Assembly: GCF_964355755.1 (NCBI RefSeq)
Contig: NC_092676.1
Location: 21,160,871 to 21,224,870 of the forward strand
Direction of reading: 5' to 3'
Source: Antedon mediterranea
Taxonomy: Eukaryota; Animalia; Echinodermata
DNA: 64,000 bases
The position numbers and the translations under genes are program-made. Shown in pieces: positions 1 to 10,331 of this stretch (positions within the stretch are counted from its first letter, which is position 1; the number at the start of each line of letters is the position of its first letter). The notes under the pieces are model-generated. The model searched no databases, was not told the origin of the DNA, and was given only the letters and a program-made list of their open reading frames with translations.

Positions 1-959
1 AGGAAAATGTTCACTATTTAGTTGGTTAAATCACTGACAAAAATAGGGGCCTAAGTGAGTTAGGAGTACATTCTAGTCGAAAGGATTACTTGAGAAATGT
101 TGGATAAAGTTAATCGTAATTCTCAATAATTACAGATTATACACCTATACGACATATCCATTCATAATTGTTCTGTAAATAATGGACCTGTGTATTAATA
201 ATAATATTAGACCGTCATAAATTATTCATAAATCAAACAAATCTAAAATTAATATGTAATTGCGTCTTACTATTAGTACTACCAACAATGACGTTGACTG
301 TACATGTATTAACTTTGATAAAATCCGCCTTGACTCTCGTTTGACTCTAGATTTTTTGAATAGACCCATTAATCCAATATGGAAGTTTAGCTATTTAAAT
401 ATTTAAGTATATTCAAATATCCAGGTCAGCTTTAAGCTCGTGGTTAACAAAATGAAGTTAAATCAATGTTTATACTGAGATATTGATTGGATTGAATCTA
501 CATGTTTTAAGGAAATTAAAAAAAAAAAAAATAGGACTTTGGTCTACATTGTACACTAATATTAAATATTGCTATGATGACATTACAATAAAGTAAGAGT
601 GTTTGTGACGAGATTATAGAGATGTACTTGAGGAGTTGGAAACACCTTTCGAAGTAGAAAAATATGGATTTATAAGTAGATAAAGTAGTAAAATAATATT
701 GTTTTCAAAACTATAGTAACTTTAAACTTAGCAGAATAATAACATATTTTTTTATTTAAATAATTATATTTCAGGAGGTAGAAAATACAATATTCACTTA
801 ACTTGATTTAGGCCTATATATGAATATAAATAATATAAATATTTTTTATTTTCTATCTAGTAACAAACTGTGCACATTCAACTATATTATTAATGAATTT
901 AATATACTGTAAATATTTCTTTAAAATAAGTATACGACTTTGTTAGGGAAAAACTCCAC

Positions 960-1278
960 GTGCATTCCTATATTGTTTTATTGTATCAATACATTTTTCC
1001 ATTAAAACAATCTAGAAATGTTATACTAAACTATAAGTTTTATAAGTTGTGTTCACCGATCATCTGTGAACATTCATTTTCAAAGCTAGGCCCAGAACTT
1101 TGGAATAACCTTTCAAGCACAATTCGTGACTCATCTTCAATTATAACTTAAAAAAAACTATTGAAAACCCATCTTTTCCCGAAATAATTATGTTACCTGA
1201 TGATCGGTCATTGTAAAGCGCTTTGATCCTTGTAAAGGCGCTATATAAATTTAAATGTTAATGTTAATGTTATTATTA
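960..1278 (+). mobile_element. L2/CR1-type LINE 3' remnant (in an ADAMTS intron or upstream region)
   Basis: Translates to HSFSKLGPELWNNLSSTIRDSSSIIT*KKLLKTHLF, matching the typical L2 ORF2 C-terminus (FS..P.LWN.L....R.....FK..LKTHLF). Followed by the L2-type tail tgtaaagcgctttg...aaggcgctatataaat and a short (aatgtt)n repeat. Confidence 0.75.
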
Positions 1279-1286
1279 ATCAACAG

Positions 1287-4200
1287 ACCTTTTCCCGGCA
1301 AGTTTTGTGATTGAGCAAATTGGCGTCAACGGAAGCACCCTCCACACGCCCAAGTTTGCTGATTGTCACTACATTGGGAACTCTGTCAGTCATAATGATT
1401 CGATTGCTGCTATTTCAACGTGCAATGGAGTTGTAAGTATTGTACAGTGTATTTACGTCTCAAACCTAATTTTATACTGTACTACTGACCTTTATAATAA
1501 TACAATGGCATCTTTAATGGTTATTCCTTATGTACATACTATATTGTAATATATCGTAATAATTAAAACCATTTTACTATCCGTAGGCATAAGTATTGGC
1601 TCACAGACCTGAGAAAAGTTTCTGTGAAAATATTTCAACTAAACTACTTCTTGTAAATAAATTGTCATCGTGCGCTGCAAAAGCAGTTCGTAGAGAGAAA
1701 TCTTTCACTTGGAACTAGGACATAGCTTGTTATATAAAATATAATGTATTTCTCATCAAAATGTATATACAGAATGGATATATCAACACCGAAATTCATG
1801 ATTTGTTGATCCGTCCTTTACGTCCGGAGCATACCGATAAGCTTCGTCTACGACGGAGCAGTGATGACGATGACGTAGATGCGCACATTGTTATCAAATT
1901 TGACGTTGTTAGCCATTGTTCTGTTGGAGAATCTGAAACTGCAGAAGATGTTACATCGTCAACTTCTTCACCTACTACACCATCTACTACACCATCTAGT
2001 GATTCAGTAACAGGTATTTGTTTATTTTTCTGTATGTATGTGAATTTATTCAGAAATATAAATTAGGGGAAACCAGAATGGTGTAAAGATTCACTTTTAA
2101 TAAAGTCTTTGTGTATAGCAACTTGTGTGTATAATTAATTGGATTGTCACATTTGAGGAATGAATACACTTATGACTATATTTGCCGAAATTATGGATGC
2201 TAGTATGATATTGCATAGTATTTATTATGTTATGTCTTAAATGTAGATAATCCATTCGAGTACCAAGAACAGACCAGCGGGGAAAAACATCTCGAACTGC
2301 TTATATTTGTAGATTATGAAATGTACAAATACCATGGATCAGTGACCGAGGAATATGCTACAGTTATACTTAATGTGGTAAGTCGTGTTTACCTCTCACC
2401 GTGACTTTGAGAAAAAAATATGGCCATATACATGGCTGCAGTCGCGTGCTCAAGCTAGTGTTTACCGACCAACAGACAGACAGAGTCTACATTGCATGTA
2501 GTTTTCTAGAAATTTTGTCTAATAGTCGTGTAATAGTTTCTTCATTACCGTTTCGATTCATAGACCTTCCTATACAATCAAGCTTTAGCAAAGACATTTA
2601 ACAACACAATAATTCATTTAAATATATACATACATACACACATCATTTATTTCTCCAATACTGTATTTAAGCACAAGCAATACAAGTTTTAAAAAAAGAC
2701 AAACAAGAGATTGTTATATAAGTTTGAGAAGGACCAAACGAAAACGTTATAAACTAGACCAGGTGGCGAGTATATTAGACGAGTAGTATTTTAAAGTGTC
2801 GGTAGAACAAAATGAACTCCCTGATGAAACCTAGTCGGCTAAACCGACTGAGAACAAACATGAAACATGTTGAAAACAATCCCAGTATAATCTAGCCATG
2901 TTGATCATGGTGATTTAAATTGAAATAAAATAATGTTTGATAATAATTTTGTTGTAGTTTTCAAGCTTGTTTCTTCATAAAAGTTTGGGTGTCAGCATGA
3001 AAATACACGTGACTCATTTAGTCATCATTACCAATCCGTCCGCACAGGTAAGTTCTTTCTTAATAACATTACTAATCACTATAATGTGCATGGTAGTTGA
3101 TATGGTGATTCTCTTTTTTCAAACTTCTCTACTAAGAACCGGTAAATAGGAATAACGCATCACCTCAAACTACCGAGCGTGTACAACACAGACCACATGA
3201 AATACATACTAATGTACTGTAAAACCATTATCTATTTAATTGTTTAACTTGATAGGACGCTCCAACGCTTTCATCTGATGCAGCATTCAGCTTGGATAGT
3301 TTTTGCAATTGGCAACGATCACGTTATGACGTTGATAGTGCTGCAGTTCTAACAAGGTAAGTCAAGCACCTTGGATATCAACATATTATAACTCGGTTTA
3401 AATCAATAACACAGAAAATTATAAACGTTTACGGTATTTACAATTATGTCGTTTATATGCATTACATTTCCAGATTTGATATTTTTGGAAGCTCATCACG
3501 AACCATTGGTTACGCCAGTATTAGCTCCACGTGTAGTGAGTTTCGGCGTTGTTCAATCAGTGAAGACACGGGATTAGGTCTGCCGTTTACACTTGCACAT
3601 GAAGTAGCCCATAAGTAAGATGCTCACCGTTATTTCAATGCCATACCACCCAACATAATTGTTTTTATCTTACATTTTAACATACATTATTGTTGTCAAC
3701 GATTCACCGTTGTTGACCTAAAGATAATCATAATAGTTTTCTCAGATTCTAATGTTGTACGCCCAATCTGTTTTTCACCTCTCTCCTCTTCCTTCCAATG
3801 ACCAGATTGTCGATCTCTTTCAGTTCCTGGCAATTACAGTAATAACATCATCCTGAATCACTTAGACTAATTTTAAAACAATGCAAAACACCAACTTTTA
3901 TTCTATTTTCTGTGTTACTTTTTAATATCTATACCGTAATGTAGATTATTCCATTTTCTCTAGCACATATTGGATTTCGTGTTACTATTAAATCTCTATA
4001 CCATAATGTAGATTGTTCCATTTTCTGAATTACCACAAATTTGATTTCGTGTTACTATTAAAGCGCTATTATATGCTGTAATGTAGATCAAAATAAGTGG
4101 TAATCAACAATAATACTAAATTGAGAGTGTTTAATTTTAGCCTAGGGTTGTCACATGATGGAACTGGCAATACATGTGAAACGGGTGTGAACATCATGTC

Positions 4201-7200
4201 TCCTTCAACGCCAAGTGGCTCAGGATCTTTCAGCTGGTCAACATGTAGTGCCGCTGGTTTACAAAATTTCCTTAAGTATGTTTATTAATAAACTTGTTAA
4301 CAAGTTGTACTTCTCGTTTTAGTGAGAATAAAAATGAATGTGCTCTACTACTAATTCGTAAAATTTATGGTGTTTTTTCATTGTGTCGTAAACTTAATAT
4401 AAAAATATCTAAACATTATTTTAAAACCTATTAAATTCACAGCTCTGGTAGAGCAACCTGTCTGGACAACGTTCCGAGGAACACAGTGGATGTTTCGTTA
4501 TCTGCTGGTGGTCAGCGTTTACCAGGACAGGTGTATTCTCCTGACAGACAATGTGACTTTAACTTTCCTGGCAGTCAAGGTGTCTGTAGAGGGCAGACTG
4601 TAAGTATTCTCGTAAATATAACATGATGATCATTAACGTTATGTGAAAGACTTTCTTATCTTTGTTTCTATTCATTTTTGCATTTCAATAAATGCTTTGG
4701 TGTTCATAATAATTATGAAAACAAGTAATTAACAACATTAGCCATCTCAATATTCTTCATAAAATGTAAATTTGTAATTCTTTTAATTTACCATTATTCA
4801 TTAAGTTATTGTACTCTTCTAGGAAAATTGTGCAACAATGTTTTGTCTACGATCGGAGGGATCAGGGTGTACCACTCGTAACAGTCCTATGCTCGACGGG
4901 TCACCATGCGGAGGCAGTAGGGTAAATTTACATAACATTGGCCTACAAATGTGTGCACTTTTATGTTTATTGTGTATTTCATGTTATAAAACGATGTTTT
5001 AAATAAATGTGATCATATTGTAGTGGTGCATTCAGGGACAGTGCGTTCCAGCAGAAGGTCCAATTGGTGGAGGAGGCAGCGGTGGTGGTGGTGGCGTTCA
5101 GGTTACGTTTATTTGGGTGACAGTGTTTTCTGATTGTAGCCGATCCTGTGGCGGCGGTAAGTTACAATCCACACAAATAACATCAATACTTTACTGCTGT
5201 TTGTTTTCCAAAGCAACTAATTAGCTTTATGTTTGAACAGGACTGGAGATTCCTAACATCATATGCAGAAATGAAGAAATTCGACAACAAGTTCCGGATA
5301 GTAATTGTGACATCCTAATAAAACCTATTCAACCACCCAGCAGATCTTGCAACTTACAACGCTGTCCCACAAGGTAGGTCCTTACGTAGGAACATTTTTG
5401 TTTGATTACCTACTTAATAAAATAAATATAAACAACAGCAACGAATAATCAGGAACCTTTTTAAAGATTATGGGTTTTTTTTCCAACTCTAAGTTTGCCA
5501 CATTTTGGAGAAGGTATGTAGATACTTAAGGCTGTCCACTTAAGGTCCACATGACTACATTACGTCATGTGCCTCAGATGGAAAGCCTCCAGTATATCAA
5601 CCACCTCCAAAAGTCAGAATTCGCAAACAAAAATTTGTAAATGTAGACTAGGCTTAATAAACTTTAATTTTGTTGTTAAAAAGATGGAGCACTGGAAGTT
5701 GGTCAGACTGTAGTACAGATTGTGGTACTGGTGTTCAACACCGAAACGTTCGGTGTTTGTCTGTGAGCCAATTTGGATCTGAACAACCGATTGCTGATAG
5801 TGCGTGTGATTCAGCAAGCAAGCCACTATCATCAAGATCATGCGCTGGTGAACTCTGCCAGAGTTGGATAACTGGTAATTGGAATACATGTCCTGTTACA
5901 TGTGGAGATGGTGGAGTTCAGACACGACAAGTGTTCTGTGCCATACAAACTCAAAGTGGTCAACGCATATTGACAGATAGCGACTGCGATGGCTCATCGA
6001 AACCAGATACATCACGCGCTTGTCTAGGGTCTCCTAGTTGCCAAACACCTTCATGGAAAACTGACAACTGGGGCCAATGTTTCGGAGCGTGTGGCGAAAG
6101 TGTTCAAACACGAGACGTTTTCTGTGCAGTACAGACTCCTAGTGGACAACGGGTTGTTCCACAGAGTGATTGTGTTGGGCTAAAACCACGCACGACACGT
6201 GAATGTACTCTTCCAGACTGCTCAACGCCATCGTGGAACACAGAGAGCTGGGGAGAATGCTCTGCTGTTTGCGGAGAAGGAATTCAAAGGCGCATAGTTT
6301 CCTGTGCAATACAAACCAATGGTCAGCAAATAGAAGTTGCAAATAGTGATTGTCCTGGTACAAGACCTGTAGCGACACGGACTTGCGTAGATGCCAATTG
6401 CCAAACACCGTCGTGGTCTACTGGGAGCTGGGGAGACTGTTCGACTGATTGTGGCATTGGAATTCAAACACGTGAAGTAAACTGTTTACATAATAATGTT
6501 CCTACATCTGACAGAGACTGCCCTGGTGCTAAGCCAACCGAAAACAGGAATTGCTTTATAGAACAGTGCCAATTTGCCTATTGGTTCGCTGGTAGTTGGA
6601 GTCAATGTTCGACGACCTGTGGACTAGGTCGACAGCAGCGGTATGTTGGTTGTGTCTATCAGAATTTTATTGTTTCAGATAACAGATGTCAAATTACAAA
6701 ACCAGGTGAATTCCGTGTATGTCAATTAGATGACTGTCCTACCAATGTTTGGGTAACAGGATCATATTCCCAGGTAAGATCTTTTTTATAATTATGTAAT
6801 GATTATTACTATTTCAAACAATATTAATCTTTATCTGGCATCAATACAAGTCACTCACTTCATTTTTAATAATTCCATGCTCTTGTGGAGTTTGTACTCA
6901 TCATTCAAGTCGTTTGTTTCTACAGTGTTCAGTAATTTGTGGAGAAGGAGAGCAATCAAGAAGTGTTACCTGTCGACCTGATTCCAATAGTTTGATTATT
7001 TTACGACAAAACGAATGTTCATCTTTGACAAGACCATCAGCGACACGGAGTTGTTTGAATGTATGCGAAACTCCAGGTAGGACCAAATTATATAACATAC
7101 ATGTGTTTGGGAGGTGCACACATTAAGGACGTGCACATAGATAGAATTGGTACAGTGTCGGGCTCGCATCAAAGACTAGGCATGCAGTATAGTTTGACGG

Positions 7201-8050
7201 CTTATTTTCCCGAAGGTTAAGTTTCTCCATATCTGTCTTTTGTCATCAGGTTTGTTAACACAGTTTTCCTCCAAGTTATATTTATATTAAATATGTTTTT
7301 GATTTTATATATAGATATTTCATGCAACAGTGTACTCACTGAGAATTACGCAGTCTTTTCTTCTCCTGGATATCCACACGGTTTTGGCCCAAGTCGATGT
7401 ACAACACAGATAACAGCGCCCCCTGGAAGGCGTATCCGGTTAACTTTCAGTTTTATATCTCTTCCATTTACTCAAGATTGTGATGATCACATAATGGTAG
7501 GTGAATGTAATTTCATTCTGTATTGTGTATAATCTCCCGTTAGAGTATAGAATTTAAAAAACATATTACTTGTAATGTAGTTTATAAGGATTTCAGTATG
7601 CCAATGGTACACGCTAGAATATCGTCTTGTTCATGCTTCTCGTCCTTTACGAGCGCCACCTGCAGGGAATCATCATCCGTTACACTTTGATTTTGTCTCC
7701 AACTTAATTATGGAACGCTATGTTTGCCAAAATATTTATCATTTTACAAATGTTTAGCCGAATTTTGAATCTAGACTAAGCGCACAATGCAGTTGCGAAC
7801 AGCAGGATTTAATTTGTTTGTATTAACTATCACACGTGGTGTGTTAAATAATGTTTTATTAATTCTCACTAAAAGAGATGCCATAACACTTTTTTTGCAG
7901 ATATCTGGTGGTTTTTTATCCAGACGGTATTGTGGTTTTTCAGTTAATGTGCAATGGACGTCACCAGGAAATGAAATCATAGTTGTTTTAAACACCAACC
8001 AATACAGTCAACGCCCAGCATTTCTAGCATACTACGTTTTTTTAAATTAG
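1287..8050 (+). CDS. ADAMTS-like secreted metalloprotease (5'-partial): prodomain, reprolysin M12B domain, disintegrin-like domain, 8 TSP1 repeats, C-terminal CUB
   Basis: 15 GT-AG exons with consistent phases: 1287-1432, 1773-2013, 2247-2377, 2958-3047, 3256-3356, 3474-3614, 4141-4275, 4443-4599, 4823-4921, 5024-5156, 5241-5373, 5684-6773, 6926-7076, 7315-7496, 7901-8050 (TAG), about 1025 aa visible. Motifs: prodomain CHYIG...AISTCNG, HLELLIFVD, SFCNWQ, EDTGL, HEVAHNLGLSHD, Met-turn NIMSP, WSTCS, LPGQVYSPDRQC, DGSPCG..WCIQGQC. The signal peptide exon(s) were not found and probably lie upstream of the window. Confidence 0.93.
2421..2490 (-). mobile_element. HINE/Helentron-like element 3' fragment in an ADAMTS intron
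   Basis: ggccatatacatggctgcagtcgcgtgc...tagtgtttaccgacc is the reverse complement of the 3' end of 13180-13902 and nearly identical to 32966-33023. Confidence 0.7.
3474..4275 (+). CDS. ADAMTS-like catalytic-site exons (3474-3614 and 4141-4275)
   Basis: Splicing AA|C joins ...TLAHEVAH-N-LGLSHDG..., giving an intact HExxHxxGxxHD metzincin zinc motif followed by the Met-turn. Confidence 0.93.
3928..4062. repeat. Intronic tandem duplication (~65-bp unit x2)
   Basis: tctatacc(g/a)taatgtagatt..tccattttct...gatttcgtgttactattaaa occurs twice in succession. Confidence 0.8.
5684..6773 (+). CDS. Large exon encoding a tandem array of thrombospondin type-1 repeats
   Basis: ORF 5670-6791 contains six complete W-x4-W-xx-C-xxx-CG repeats plus the start of a seventh. 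Bounded by aag| at 5683 and |gtaag at 6774. Confidence 0.95.
7315..8050 (+). CDS. C-terminal CUB domain exons (7315-7496, 7901-8050)
   Basis: CNSVLT...FSSPGYP...C...ITAPPGRRIRLTF...DC.D.I....RYCG...S.GN.I.V.L...AF.A.Y follows the CUB pattern. Confidence 0.88.
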
Positions 8051-8074
8051 CAAGTCAGTGGGTTTTAAATTTAA

Positions 8075-8088
8075 ATAATAAAAATAAA
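8075..8088 (+). terminator. Candidate polyadenylation signals (AATAAA x2) of the ADAMTS-like gene
   Basis: AATAAA at 8077 and 8083, just after the stop codon. The AT-rich context makes chance occurrence likely. Confidence 0.35.
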
Positions 8089-9112
8089 TATTTTTCTAGA
8101 AACAGTTAAACACTGTGCATCCTCTATTTAAATCAATTTAGATCCGACAATAATCAATGTCAATGGACATATACAAAATAAAGAACAGGACATTGTTAAT
8201 TTTGGGATAGAGTTAATAACAATGTGACTAAACAACGAGAAACAGAGAAATAGTAGTAGGTCTACTAAATAATAACAATGCATGGCCTTAAAAAGGATTG
8301 TAATCTCAATCTTTCGTTTTTTTCGTCACTGCGTTAAAATCTCTTACACAAACAAATTCTACTTTAAATCCCACTATACCATCGGATTGTTTATATGAAA
8401 AAATATATTTGTGAATTTAATTGATAGATTGTGGAAATATGTTTAAAATGTAGGAGACACATACATAGAACCAACTGTAAAGCTTATGATGTATTTTAAA
8501 AACACAGATACTTTTAATGAATGAAGTATTTTATTGTCTAAGTTTCAATAAGACTGTATAGTTCAACGAACAGCAGACACAATTTCAACTAATTTGCTGT
8601 GTATCGACTGTTGACAAAATGATGCTTGTTTCATCTTTTTTGTTGAAAATTAATATTTATTCATGTAAACTATACTTCATGCATTATGATCCATCATAAA
8701 AATAAGTTTTCAAGGCTATGTGCATATATTCGAAATTTGATCTGATTGATTGTAACCGGAATCTCAGGAGATGTTATTAACATTATTTTTATTGTTAGTG
8801 ATTATTTTATTTATTTATAATTTATAAAAATTGTTTTTAATATTTTATTCTTTTTTATATTCTCAAAATATGATTAATATTAATGAGTACACTGTGATAA
8901 ATCTTACAGTAAAAATGTAAATATTTATAGGTTACACTTTGATCACCTTTTGGCCTACCTTTGCTACATAATTTTATATAAAATAATAAACAACATTTCA
9001 ATAAACCACCTACGTCTTTTCATTTATTTCTAAAATAGGCTTATATCGAATTATATCGGTTACTTCCATGTGGTAAAAACTAACATGATATAGCAGTATA
9101 TTAGACAAACAA

Positions 9113-9252
9113 TATTCGGTTGTTCGGCATCATGCTGTTCTGCATCCGGCTGTTCGGAATCCGACTGTTCAGCATCTGGCTGTTCGGCATCCGACTGTTT
9201 AGCATCGGGCTGTTCGACACCCGGCTCTTGGGCATCGGGATGTTCGGCATCC
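9113..9252. repeat. 15-bp minisatellite (consensus TGTTCGGCATCCGGC, about 9 copies)
   Basis: Directly visible periodicity. It generates the repetitive 5-aa ORFs on both strands. Confidence 0.9.
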
Positions 9253-10331
9253 AATCATTAAAATCACATCTTTTCGCAGAGCATTCAACGAAAGTCATAA
9301 TCCTTTTGATTTTAATGTATTTTTACGCATTGCAATTCCTAAAATTACAAGCGTCCATATTAAAACGGAGCGCCTTTGGTGAAGAAATGTGCATTACACA
9401 GAGTACAATACCATATCACATCCTTATGTATGTATAAATAAAAAGGAAACTAAGTACTGTAAATTTGTGCTTGCGAATTTATTACCATACTTATAACACG
9501 ACAATAAAAATAATTAACACCATCATTTTAAACTTCCAAACACTAAACGTTTTTTTCTTAATATATATTGTTTTTACAATTTAAAAGTACACTTGTTTTT
9601 TTTCATTCAATTGGACAATATATAAATATATTACACTTTAATAATGCACTGGTCCCTTAACACGATAACTAGATGTAATGTCGTACAAACACAGTACAGT
9701 TGGTCCTTTGTATTGTATTGTAGACCACTTGATAAAGATTATGAGGATAATAACATTTTGCCGATGCACAACATTTCTTTATGCGTTTTTCGGGAACTAC
9801 TGTACTTATTTTTGGGGGAAGTTATGTCAATTTATTTAGGACTCAAATTCAATTTAAAACGAAACAAAGAGTTTATATTGTATTGTTTGGTAGATAAGGC
9901 TTTACAAAAGTTAAGTGGCCATAACCATAATAATTATAAAAGTTATCATGAATTTTTATATTGTATGTTTAAACAGCGTATTGCAGTTTAAGAAAATGGG
10001 ATGAGCCTAAAAGAAGACAAAAAATGATTTAGTACAATGCCACCGTTAAATTTGGACAATAGAAAACTTGTCGCTAACACATCCTTTCTGGGTTGAACAT
10101 AACTGTATACTTGCTGTCCGATCATCTTTAAGAATATAATTAAAATATGTACTAACTGTAGTACGATCTTATGGAGTAGTTACCCATACCCATTTAGTCA
10201 AAAAGCAAGATATGTTTTCAGATATCTTTTGAAGATTTTGGTAATGTGTTGCTTCTTGTTCTCTTCTTTCACATACAGGTTTAAAATCAAACGATATAGT
10301 CTTTTCTTTATCATTGTCTTCATACATTGTT

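Noticed and set aside
2821-2872. Hammerhead ribozyme-like CTGATGA...GAAAC with a hairpin
   Set aside because: Stem I and a proper stem II closure could not be formed.
5614-7998. Minus-strand ORFs over ADAMTS exons
   Set aside because: Antisense shadows of real coding exons.
9060-9437. Repetitive ORFs (EQPDA / LFGIR repeats)
   Set aside because: By-products of the 15-bp minisatellite.
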